Origin: Octopus bimaculoides
Taxonomy: Eukaryota
NCBI RefSeq assembly: GCF_001194135.2
Contig: NC_068989.1
Coordinates: forward strand, 12,316,544-12,380,543
Direction: 5' to 3'
DNA: 64,000 bases
Shown here: positions 14,403 through 25,548 of the stretch, in pieces
Layout: each line of letters starts with the position of its first letter
Numbering within the stretch: the first letter of the stretch is position 1
Translations under genes and position numbers: made by a program
Notes under the pieces: generated by a model
What the model saw: only the letters and a program-made list of their open reading frames with translations
Database searches by the model: none
What the model was told of the DNA's origin: nothing

Positions 14403-14874
14403 GCATATGTGTACACACACACACACAAACATACACATATATATGTATTTGTATTTGTATATCTATACATAAGATGCATGTGTAAGTTCATATATGTTTA
14501 CAATAATTGTTTGAGGATAAGAGTTCATTTATTAGATTGGCAGTAATACGAAACTAGAGATGATGCGGTATAATTAATATATTTCATGTAAACATTTCGG
14601 TTGGTCATTCAGGCGGAAATTCAATCACACGTGGTATATTGAGATCAAGTCAGTCAGTTAGCATCCGCCTTTCTTGAGGCTAAATGCACAACGTAGCGTT
14701 TATTAGAGTTAATTAATGTCAATTAATTATTAATATACTGAAATGAAGCGGTCATTTTTTAATTATTTATTGAGGTGTTAAAAATATGCAGTATAGATAT
14801 CTACTTAAATTAGGTATATACATAGGCGCATCAAAGTACTAAACACTTGAGGTTATATTTCTGATATCATTCAA

Positions 14875-14913
14875 TCGGTGGCATATGGTCGGTGGCATAT
14901 GGTCGGTGGCATA
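14875..14913. repeat. 14-bp tandem repeat (TCGGTGGCATATGG)x2.8
   Basis: Direct reading. Confidence 0.9.
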
Positions 14914-16202
14914 CGCTTTATTTAAACTTCCATCTCCATCCAGATTCATTCACGTCGATGACATTTAAAGAATATACATATGATCAGAGGTATATGTTTG
15001 ACTAAAATCCCTAAAGGTATCGCATCAACATGGCTGCAGTCCAATGACTGAAACAAAGAAAGCAAAAGTTTAAAAATTGCAATGCAATTAGAGCATTACC
15101 TGATAAGATTTAGTCTATATATCGTTGGCAGGCAGATATGTCTCGTATACGTTGCTCGATGCCTGCTGCTGATAAAATCGCAGTCCCAGTGACTCTATTA
15201 GAGAAGTCTCGTTTGCTTGAATTCCAGTTTTTTTACGCACCATAAATCTATATGAGGGAATATCTCGATGTATTTCGCAGTATTTAGCCCTCTAATAATA
15301 TATCCATAGTTAAAGGATATGAAGATTGTTTTGTTTTGGCATTAATACTGTTTCTGTTGCCAATATTTATTTTCTTATTAGCCTGCTGTCTATCTGTGAC
15401 ATCAGTCACTGGAAAGTCACTGTTATTCTATATGTCATTAGCAGTGAGATGTGGCCGCTATGCAGTGATCCATGCCTGTCACTAAAGTATAGTACGTTGA
15501 AATCCAGTGACCTAGCAGTTCCGGTGCTAGTAACAGACGGTTCTCGTCTATTATGATATATGTCAGTGCTTTTAAGCACCGTGCATCTATATGAAAGGAT
15601 CTTTCAGGCGAATACAACAGTATTTGAAACTACTTTGATAATATATCCCCGTTAAGGAGGATATAACTATTGCCATTTGATATATAGAAATTTATGTTTT
15701 CAGAGACTTTTAGCCGTATGGTAAAAAATGTAGATTATGAAATAGAAAAAAATTAAATTACAGAGATTGTAAATGAATTACATAAAAGTTAATCTGGTAA
15801 TTCAATATATATATATAGAGAGAAAAGTCTTCATAATGGATAGGTGATACATTTCTAGATCAAACAATTCTTGTACTAATAAAAAAAAATTTGGACAGTT
15901 TCGGTGAATGAAAAATGGCGGCAACAAGATAATAACTATCTAGCTGACACTAATATTTTATTGTCTGAACAGAGAGACCGGTAATTTTAATATCACTACC
16001 AAACAGAAACAACCTCAGTAATCATCATATCTCAGTAGCATATATTGCGAGAGTGGAGACGGGACTTAGTAGCTGTGTGCGACTCTGAATTATTATCTTA
16101 GCAGAAATATAGCTTAATCAAAAGAAAAAAAATGATAATCAAAGAACAATCTTTTTGGATCTTTATTGGTTCTGTGCAAAACTAAGATCGTTTTCATGTA
16201 TG

Positions 16203-16224
<22 letters not shown>

Positions 16225-16233
<9 letters not shown>

Positions 16234-16872
16234 TATTTACTTTCAACCTGCATGTTTGTTACAATCACTCGCCGAAACATAACCAGCGTCCTAGGGCGAG
16301 TGAAAGATAAGAGATGTTACATAATGACTGAAAGCTCGAGGAGGGCAAGTTTCAGGGGCAGTATCGAAATATCTTCATGTAATACAACACATACATTTAA
16401 ATGATAGGGTTTTTCTAAGGATGTGTGCAGTACTTGTCAGCAAAGCTTTTCGATTCCTCTGAGGCATGGTTCTCCTGGGATATTATCTAGATGTTACCGA
16501 CATGCCTTTCTTTTACCAAGGGCACCCACATAACAGGAACAGTTCTTGCTTTAAGATTCTGCACCTTTACATTTCTATTTCCGGGTCCTTATATTTACTT
16601 AATTTGTCAAATTCTATTACAGATATATGTTTTATCTGTGGGAACACTTACATCTATATGTCTACAAGTATTTTCACTGTCTTTAATGACTATGTCTGGC
16701 CGATTATCCTGAATCGTCCTGTAGGTGCTGACTGGAAAATCGCAAAGGATAGTGACATTTTTACCTTCAACGACTGGCCCAGGATGATGTTCCTACCAGA
16801 TTTTTCTATTCGTTTGGTGTCAACGCAGGACTTCCCAAGACGAGATGGTCTCTTGTTTCATCAAACTTATCA
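16225..16872 (-). mobile_element. 5'-truncated, decayed R4/Dong-type non-LTR retrotransposon (RLE domain plus 3'UTR)
   Basis: Minus-strand translation with frameshifts: ETRDHLVLGSPALTPNE (zinc-knuckle remnant), W*EHHPGPVVEGKNVTILCDFPVSTYRTIQDNRPDIVIKD..HIDVSVPTDK, FDKLSKYKDPEIE, LTSTAHILRKTLS. The RPD motif and C-terminus are typical of RLE-encoding non-LTR elements. Confidence 0.85.
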
Positions 16873-16980
16873 AATTTATTATTATTATTGTTATTGTTGT
16901 TGCTGTTGTTGTTATTATTATTATTATTGTTGTTGTTGTTATTGTTGTTGTTGTTGTTGTTGTTGTTGTCGCTGTTGTGT
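16868..16980. repeat. (TTA)/(TTG) compound microsatellite
   Basis: Direct reading. Lies between the R4/Dong fragment and another retroposon tail. Confidence 0.95.
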
Positions 16981-17095
16981 GAGAGAGCAGTGCATGCCAT
17001 CAAAGTGACACTTGGGTACAAATATACGAAGCCCAGTATACCCATCATCACTACTCGTCTGATAAGGGTACACCAGACACATGCATCACAACCGT
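16975..17095 (-). mobile_element. Probable retroposon 3' end with (CAA)n tail
   Basis: GC-richer segment running into a (CAA)n tail on the minus strand. Resembles a recurrent Octopus repeat from recall only. Confidence 0.4.
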
Positions 17096-17289
17096 GTGGA
17101 CCCGAGCAGAACAGCAACGATTTCAAGCAGCGAAGCAGCACTACAAGCGATTGATCCCTTCAGTAGAGTGGTGAACCAAATATTCATGAATCACAATCAC
17201 TTGTTTCAGTGATTGAATTTTGGTCGCCGTAATTTGCTTCCTCGAAGGATTTAGACAAAAAAATAGATCCGAGTATTTATTTTCAAGTC

Positions 17290-17545
17290 TAGTGCTTATT
17301 GTATTGTCGTGGTTTGTCGAACTGCTAATCTATAGGGACGTAAATAAGCCTACATTGTTTACAAGCTGTGGGGGATTAATAGAGAAATGCATATTCATAC
17401 ACACGACGTATACAAATATATTCATACATTCACAAACACATATGAATATATGCGGGGCGGGCTTCCACATAGATTCCGTCAAGCGAATGTACTCGCAAGG
17501 TTTTGGTAAGCCCGGAAGTAGAGTACAAGTTGTACACATCTTGTA
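17290..17545 (-). mobile_element. Old, diverged family-A-like SINE
   Basis: Degenerate matches to family A motifs (TTTGTCGAACTGCTAA..GGGACGTAAA; CTCGCAAGGTTTTGGT..CCCGG). Confidence 0.6.
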
Positions 17546-17948
17546 CGATATTCTAACTATTCTGTCAAGCTATCTCGATCAACCGCTATAATGATGATAT
17601 TAATTTTCACTTGGAAGATTCGAGATTGCTTCTAAAATGAACCTTTTGGGGGATTTGATCGCAGAAGATAATTCATGCTATTTGATAATTCATGCTAAAC
17701 TCACGCTATAATTCATGCACCAGGCAAATTCAATTTGCCTGGTGCTGAACCAAACCATCCACCGTTTAATCGCTTGTATATTTTATAAAATATACAATAT
17801 CCCGCAATAGAGAATGCAACGTGTATTTATTTTCTATCCGCTAATGTATAAATCGATCAGAACATTGAGCTGACTTCAATTCACAACTATAAATATAAGT
17901 ATTTAAATGTTTAATGAAACGTAATAAATTACAGCAAAGAATGTATAC

Positions 17949-18014
<66 letters not shown>
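17949..18014. repeat. (TAA)n microsatellite
   Basis: Direct reading. Confidence 0.97.
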
Positions 18015-18019
<5 letters not shown>

Positions 18020-18324
18020 CTGTACGTTACTAGAATTTTAATTTGTAAGAGAACAAGTTTGGTATATTGATACATTAGCAAATGTAATTACATTAGAACT
18101 CTATAACATACTACGGTAAAAACTCAAATCAGACATTCCGGCACCTGGACTAGTAATTAAAAAAATATTATGCAAACGAATGCAGCATATTTACAGCTGC
18201 CAACTAAAAGATGCAACCAGTGAAAGCTACAAAACAAAATAGGAATGTTTTCGAGTAGTATGACTTTTACGTAGGAAATAAATTTGTCATTTACCTTGAG
18301 TATAAGGAAAATATCATATTTGTA

Positions 18325-18702
18325 GGCACTCCGTCGCTTACGACGTCGAGGGTTCCAGCTGATCCGATCAACGGAACAGTCTGCTCCTGAAATTAACGTG
18401 CAAGTGACTGAGCACTCCACAGACACGTGTACCCTTAACGTAGTTCTCGGGGATATTCAGCGTGACACAGTGTGACAAGGCTGACCTTTTGAATTACAGG
18501 CATAACAGAAACAGGAAGTAAGAGTGAGAGAAAGAGGTGGTGAAAGAGTACAGCAGGGTTGACCACCATCCCCTGCCGGAGCCTTGTGGAGCTTTAGGAG
18601 TTTTCGCTCAATAAACACTCACAACGCCCGGTCTGGGAATCGAAACCGCGATCCTATGACCGCGAGTCCGCTTCCCTAACCACTGGGCCATTGCGCCTCC
18701 AC
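18325..18702 (-). mobile_element. tRNA-derived SINE, family D (head GTGGAGGCGCAATGGCCCAGTGGTTAGG)
   Basis: A-box and B-box (GGTTTCGATTCCC) tRNA-like head. Nearly identical to the copy at 41137-41513. Confidence 0.9.
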
Positions 18703-19111
18703 AAGGACATCAGAGTACCGTACTCTAAACCGTTGCATTAATAAACTAAGCATTTGGTGTTACAATTCATTACTAAGTTTCGACCAAATATAAACAGTGT
18801 GAAGATGGTGGGTCCCAGAGTTGGTGTTGGGGATAGTACAGAAGCTAGTGAGATAGTATTAGAAGCAGTTATCTTATCATGCAGGCTAATAGTTGTAGGA
18901 AGAAAAAGTGTTTGCTTGTACAACATGGATGGAGTAGGAAGTATGGCGTTGGTGATGACATTTGTGAGATTTATTCAGACAGTTTGTGAAATGATTTATG
19001 AAATATTTCGCTTCTATGTCTAGCATAATCTCGTAATCGGGTACTTGGTCCTTGGCTGGTTAGAAAAGGGGCGACGGTAGAAAAAGAGGAAGTTAAATTA
19101 GTTTCCTAATA

Positions 19112-19520
19112 GGCGCAGGAGTGGCTGTGTGGTAAGTAGCTTGCTCACCAACCACATGTTTACGGGTTCAGTCCCACTGCGTAGCACCTTGGGCAAGTGC
19201 CTTCTACTATTGCCTTGGGCCGACCAAAGCCTTGTGAGTGGATTTGGTAGACGGAAACTGAAAGAAGCCCTTCGTATGTATATATATGTATATATATATA
19301 TATATGTATGTTTGGGTGTCTGTGTTTGTCCCCCCAACATTGCTTGACAACCGATGCTGGTGTGTTTACGTCCCCGTAACTTAGCCGTTCGGCAAAACAG
19401 ACCGATAGAATAAGTACTAGGCTTACAAAGAATAAGTCCTAGGGTCGATTTGCTCGACTAAAGGCGGTGCTCCAGCATGGCCGCAGTCAAGTGACTGGAA
19501 CAAGTAAAAGAGTAAAAGAG
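19112..19520 (+). mobile_element. SINE family A, full length
   Basis: tRNA-like head with GGTTCAGTCCC B box, internal TA tract, and (GAGTAAAA) tail repeats. Confidence 0.92.
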
Positions 19521-19599
19521 TAAGGAGTATAACAGGGTAAATAAGAATGACGTTATCATGTTTGCAATGATGGTGGTGATGATTGTAATAATGATGATC

Positions 19600-19667
19600 T
19601 TGGTGGTGGTGGTGCTGGTGGTGCTAATAGTTGTGTCGGTGGTGGTGGCGGTGGTAATGGTGAGGTG

Positions 19668-19719
<52 letters not shown>

Positions 19720-19932
19720 CGATGGCGATGAATTAAAACGTTGAGTGTGATATTGGACATGGTAGTGGTAAGAGTAAGAAATTTCAGTGCTGTCGGCATT
19801 TTTATTTTGTAGTTTATAACATCTTGATGACTGTAAGCGCTAATACGATATACAGACGATAGAAAGCATCAGAAGACATTTCAGTAGTCAGCTATTTGGG
19901 AGTATTAGTAGTGGTAAAAAACTGAAGTGATG

Positions 19933-19996
<64 letters not shown>
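19600..19996. repeat. (GGT), (GAC)n and (CTA)n microsatellite cluster
   Basis: (GAC)n at about 19669-19720 and (CTA)n at about 19933-19996. Confidence 0.9.
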
Positions 19997-19998
<2 letters not shown>

Positions 19999-20469
19999 GT
20001 TGGTGGTGGAGTTCCTGCTAGTCACCATTACAGTAAGAACAGCTGTAGTGGTTATAATGGAGTTATTGATAATGTTAATGATATTATAATGTTTTATTAT
20101 GACACGATAATTATGATACTATTATAGTAATTATGATATTAATTTAGGTGATATAAATCATAATATCGATTTCCTAAGCTGTAAAAGAAAAAGTGAGGAG
20201 CCAGCATTACAGATTTAATCGACGATAGTTCAGGGCTGATAATTATTTTGTATCAAGCGTAGTGGCTAAGTGGGGAATTAATTGGCCAGGGTTTGAATTG
20301 GAATATCGTGTGAAATGAATAAACATTAGAGGGGCCAACAATAGAGAATGTATGTGGTTTACTCATACTGCTGAAAATAGCAACATAATCTCCTTCGAAT
20401 CAGATTCTACGCTCTGAGAGAGAAATGAAACGTTATATAATGATTTTCTAAGTATATAATACAGACATA

Positions 20470-20680
20470 TATATGTGTGTGTGTGTATGTGTGTGTGTAT
20501 GTGTGTGTGTGTATGTGTGTGTGTGTTTATGTGTGTGTGTGTGTGTTTGTATGTGTGTGTGTATGTGTATGTGTGTGTGTATGTGTGTGTGTGTGTGTTT
20601 GTATGTGTGTTTGGATGTGTGTGTGTATGTGTGTGTGTATGTGTGTGTATGTGTGTGTGTGTGTGTGTGTGTATGTGTGC
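20470..20680. repeat. Imperfect (GT)n microsatellite
   Basis: Direct reading. Confidence 0.95.
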
Positions 20681-22026
20681 GCTCTTGCTCGAGTGGGCTG
20701 GGATGATACCAGGTTAGTGGTCCAATAGGCGTCATCGTGCCTAGAGCCGTCCACATCGACCAGTGCCCCAAATCCGTCACTGGCGGTTCTGTACCTGCCC
20801 CTATACATCCTCACTGTATATATATATATCCCTAGGGGTCAGCCACACTTAAGTGGCAATACACTTCACTTTATCGTGCAGTTACTGTTAATACTTCATT
20901 TAGAGAATTAACATTGCTTATATATATATATATATATATATATATNNNNNNNNNNNNNNNNNNNNNNNNNNNNNNNNNNNNNNNNNNNNNNNNNNNNNNN
21001 NNNNNNNNNNNNNNNNNNNNNNNNNNNNNNNNNNNNNNNNNNNNNNNNNNNNNNNNNNNNNNNNNNNNNNNNNNNNNNNNNNNNNNNNNNNNNNNNNNNN
21101 NNNNNNNNNNNNNNNNNNNNNNNNNNNNNNNNNNNNNNNNNNNNNNNNNNNNNNNNNNNNNNNNNNNNNNNNNNNNNNNNNNNNNNNNNNNNNNNNNNNN
21201 NNNNNNNNNNNNNNNNNNNNNNNNNNNNNNNNNNNNNNNNNNNNNNNNNNNNNNNNNNNNNNNNNNNNNNNNNNNNNNNNNNNNNNNNNNNNNNNNNNNN
21301 NNNNNNNNNNNNNNNNNNNNNNNNNNNNNNNNNNNNNNNNNNNNNNNNNNNNNNNNNNNNNNNNNNNNNNNNNNNNNNNNNNNNNNNNNNNNNNNNNNNN
21401 NNNNNNNNNNNNNNNNNNNNNNNNNNNNNNNNNNNNNNNNNNNNNNNNNNNNNNNNNNNNNNNNNNNNNNNNNNNNNNNNNNNNNNNNNNNNNNNNNNNN
21501 NNNNNNNNNNNNNNNNNNNNNNNNNNNNNNNNNNNNNNNNNNNNNNNNNNNNNNNNNNNNNNNNNNNNNNNNNNNNNNNNNNNNNNNNNNNNNNNNNNNN
21601 NNNNNNNNNNNNNNNNNNNNNNNNNNNNNNNNNNNNNNNNNNNNNNNNNNNNNNNNNNNNNNNNNNNNNNNNNNNNNNNNNNNNNNNNNNGATCTTATAT
21701 ATATATAAGCATATGTATACGTATTTTGTTGATAGCATTAAAATTTAGAAACTTGAGAAGGACGTGAAATAATGTCTTTAAATATATGTGTGTGTGATTA
21801 TGTGTGCGTGTGTGTGTATGTGTGTGAATAAAAGATAGGTCATGATTTCAATTTAAAAGTCTTAACTTATGGGACTGAAGATATTCCTTCATAAAAAGTT
21901 ATTAGCTTGAAACTCAAAGTCAATAAGTATAAGCACTGAACAATTACCCTTTATATATATCTATTTCTGAATATCATTAATATTATCTGTGCAGCTCCTA
22001 AAGATATACATGGGACAAAAAAAAAA

Positions 22027-22098
22027 CTCTTCTTTTATTCATTTACTTCTTTTAGTCATTCGACTGCGACCTTGCTGGGGTACCGCCTCGACAAACTG
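22027..22098 (-). mobile_element. Isolated 3' tail of SINE family A or its partner LINE
   Basis: Minus strand GAGGCGGTACCCCAGCAAGGTCGCAGTCGAATGACTAAAAGAAGTAAA matches the family A tail AAGGCGGTGCTCCAGCATGGCCGCAGTCAAGTGACTGGAACAAGTAAA (19461-19507). Confidence 0.8.
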
Positions 22099-22100
22099 AG

Positions 22101-22232
22101 ATGTTTATAGCACCTAGGTTTCGCAAACGGTCACCCATCTAAGTGTTAACTAGGCTCGTCGTTGCTAAACTCTGTTGATCAGATGAGAACTGATGGAAGT
22201 AAGCAATAAACACCGTTGCATTGGCCGTACAC
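22101..22232 (-). pseudogene. Decayed full-length 5S rRNA copy with a ~13-nt insertion
   Basis: Minus strand GTGTACGGCCAATGCAACGGTG...CAGTTCTCATCTGATCAACAGAGTTTAGCAACGACGAGCCTAGTTAACACTTAGATGGGTGACCGTTTGCGAAACCTAGGTGCTATAAACAT. It aligns end to end with the animal 5S consensus, including the GATGGGTGACC C-box region. Many differences are CpG-decay type. Confidence 0.85.
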
Positions 22233-22391
22233 TATTAGTAACCAGTGTCATCTGTACGCTTCCTAATTCTGTGTATTTGCATGTGGTATGTCTTCCTTCT
22301 GTCTACGTCGGTTGAAAGCGTGGAATCGATACTGGAGTGTGTATACCAAGGTGCAAGCTTCGGTTAATATAACGTTGGCTGGCACTCTCAC

Positions 22392-22472
22392 CTGTCCAGC
22401 GCAATTGATTTCCATGGAAAAGGCAAGACACGATAAACTATGGCACGAGTGCCATAACAGTGGTCGCCCAAA
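22392..22472 (-). CDS. Candidate 81-nt internal exon (LGDHCYGTRAIVYRVLPFPWKSIALD; alternative frame FGRPLLWHSCHSLSCLAFSMEINCAGQ)
   Basis: Acceptor CTGACGTTCTCTTCAACTTAG| and donor CAG|GTGAGA. Length is a multiple of 3 and two frames are open. Confidence 0.5.
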
Positions 22473-22609
22473 CTAAGTTGAAGAGAACGTCAGATATATT
22501 TATAGAATCCAGCTTTCGATTTATAGTTGATTAAAGCGACTTAAAATGTCACTGATTCTGGTTCTTTGTCGTATCGATCTCAAAAAGATGAAACGCAAAA
22601 CTGAAATAC

Positions 22610-22781
22610 CAATTTGAAAGGTGGATTTCATTGCTGAAAGTAAAATGCAGGAATTCTTCCCGGTGCTCTAACAATTCTGCTGTTGACACTTTTAACACCA
22701 ATCCCTTTAATGTATGAATTATTCCAGCACAGTAAAAAGTAAATGCCTCTTCGCCAACGAAATCTACCCCTAAACTACGAT
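22610..22781 (-). CDS. Weak candidate 172-nt exon (DRSLGVDFVGEEAFTFYCAGIIHTLKGLV...EIHLSN)
   Basis: Acceptor CTAACTTTTATAG| and weak donor TG|GTATTT. Its phase-2 end is compatible with the 81-nt exon across a 137-nt intron. Confidence 0.25.
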
Positions 22782-24977
22782 CTATAAAAGTTAGATTGTT
22801 CCATAGCAATATAAATACTGTATGACATATCTGTTGGACACGGAAAAGATATTGTCAAGTGCATGTGATGGAAGGTTTTCTTTATCATGAATCAGAACTC
22901 AACGACTCACATTTCTCTCACTAAAACATTAAAGCAGAAAACAACTCGTCAAACATTAAGGTATTAGAAACGTTAGTTTCGAAATTTTCCATCTGATATT
23001 CGAACATCATATTTCGTAATTGCAATAGCACATTCAAAAGCAATCTTTACTATGACATTACGAATATTATGAACATAAAATATATACATTTGTTTTCTCC
23101 CATAAAACAAAACAAAAATATTTATATTGTAGAAAGTAACACATATATAACCAAGTAATAAAAAGTCCATCGCCCTAAACCATAAAAATGATTAACTCGC
23201 ACATTCAACAATACATAAATAATGAAACAGGATAATATCGTTCTGAAACTTTTAGCAAAACATGAAATGAATATCAGAATTAAGTACCATTAGGAGACTT
23301 TCACCAGCAGTTCTAAACGCAGATTACTCGACCTGCAAAAACCAAGCTGCAGTTATATTAATCAGGAAAAAAAAAAGAACACCAAAAGAGAAAGACTCCA
23401 AAAAAGCGAATTAAGCAATATAAATGATTATATTACGGGAAGCATTAATTTTTAGCAAAATAATAATATTAGTCAGCGATGAGCTGGTGCAAAAATATTC
23501 ACTATGGAAGTGACCATGAATTTAGCCAATTCGATATTTCGAAGTTTATTCTAGAGATCATAACCTGCTATCTCTATGGAGCGTGCTAAAAATGGAAAAT
23601 GCAACAGAGAGCAATGACGTAGATATTAAATATGCTACGAAGACCAAGCTAGCTTAAAAAATACCAGATCATATCTGTTCGTTCAGCTTCATTGTGGACC
23701 ATTCTAAAGCGCATAATTATTCGTTCTTCTTGGCTTGTTTGACCGAGAGGCTTTTAAAAATAATTTGCACCGAGGTAGACTTGTATAGATACGCCGGATA
23801 CACGAGATTAGTAGCATCAGAATAGGCCAATGGAGATAAGTGAGATAAAATTTGAACTTTATCATTATTACCTTTAATAGTTTTATAAAGCAAATTGTAA
23901 ACATACGGAAATCATTATAAGTTTCTGTTAGTCTCCCATAATTTTCCATGAACTAACCAATAAGCTTTTCTACAATTGGAACAAGTTCTGCAAATTTAGG
24001 GAGGCACCTGGTCGATTCATATGCTTAACTGGCATTTATTTAGTCGAGCCCGAAACATGAAAGGCCAAGACGACTTAAGCGGAATTTGATCCGAGAACTA
24101 AAAAATACTAATGATTGCGCTACCTTACAGCCTTAAATAAACTAAATTATATCAGGAGATTCGGTGATCTGCTGTTCAATAAAGAACTCGTTGATGTAGT
24201 TACTCACTACTGCAGCAAAATGTTAGGTAGCTTATATAACGACACGATTACATACCGGAATTTTCCCATCTCTTCACTAGCAACGACAAAACGCTGTAAG
24301 ATTATTTATCCCACATATTTATCACAGCAGATAAATACAGATGATGGCCAATAACTGAACAAAGCCTCATTATCTAACGTTATGTTACATTATTAATAGG
24401 AAACTACATTGTATATGAAATATTTGATGATCATAGCTGAAATATGTGAAATATTAAGGTGTCCATCGCTAACAGCATGGAAAGCTTGACAATATTTTGT
24501 TGTAAAAATTAGCAATAATATAAACATGATCGAATAGAAAAGACTTGGTTTGAATAGGAACAAGCTGAATATCGACGTAACTGTTGAGTTTAAAAAAGCA
24601 ACTTCGTTACTGCGGTTAATCAGTTAAAAGTAATAAGTAATGTCATCCATTTGTAGAAAATATAAGAAAACGATGCGAAGTTAGTCACTATTAGGACTTA
24701 TGCAAATATAATGACTATGATTTATATGCGTGCATTCCACAAATGATAAGACTAGAATTCGTTAAGTTTGAAGATTATTTTAACTAAGTTTATGCACGTT
24801 TGCCAAATGTATCAAATTTTCGTTCCGAGATCAGAATATTCCATGCATTTCCCAGATCATAAATGATAATAATAACGATCACAAGAACACGGATACTGAA
24901 AATGATAGTGGTGGTAAGAGGGGAAGAAACTACTACTGCTACCACTACTACAATGATAACGTTAAAATACTAATAGC

Positions 24978-25181
24978 CTTTTCTGCTCTAGGTACAAAGT
25001 CTGGAATTTCTGGTGAAGGGGCCAGTCGATTAGATCGACCCTAAATGCAACTGGTACTTAATTTATCGACCCAAAAGGTAAACTTGACCTCAGCGGAATT
25101 TGAACTAAGAACGTAAAGACAGACGAATTGCTAGTAAGCATTGTGCCCGCCGTGCCAACGTTTCTGCTAGCTCGCCGCCTT
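24978..25181 (-). mobile_element. SINE family B
   Basis: Aligns with 1383-1597 and 44624-44832. Confidence 0.85.
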
Positions 25182-25513
25182 TAATATACTACTACTAATA
25201 ATAAATATATAATATACATATATATGTACAGTCAGTTATATACACACATATATATANNNNNNNNNNNNNNNNNNNNNNNNNNNNNNNNNNNNNNNNNNNN
25301 NNNNNNNNNNNNNNNNNNNNNNNNNNNNNNNNNNNNNNNNNNNNNNNNNNNNNNNNNNNNNNNNNNNNNNNNNNNNNNNNNNNNNNNNNNNNNNNNNNNN
25401 NNNNNNNNNNNNNNNNNNNNNNNNNNNNNNNNNNNNNNNNNNNNNNNNNNNNNNNNNNNNNNNNNNNNNNNNNNNNNNNNNNNNNNNNNNNNNNNNNNNN
25501 NNNNNNNNNNNNN

Positions 25514-25548
<35 letters not shown>

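Noticed and set aside
18620-18702. tRNA-like sequences at SINE heads (also 19112, 41430-41513, 56403)
   Set aside because: They continue into SINE bodies and lack a complete cloverleaf and terminator, so they are not tRNA genes.
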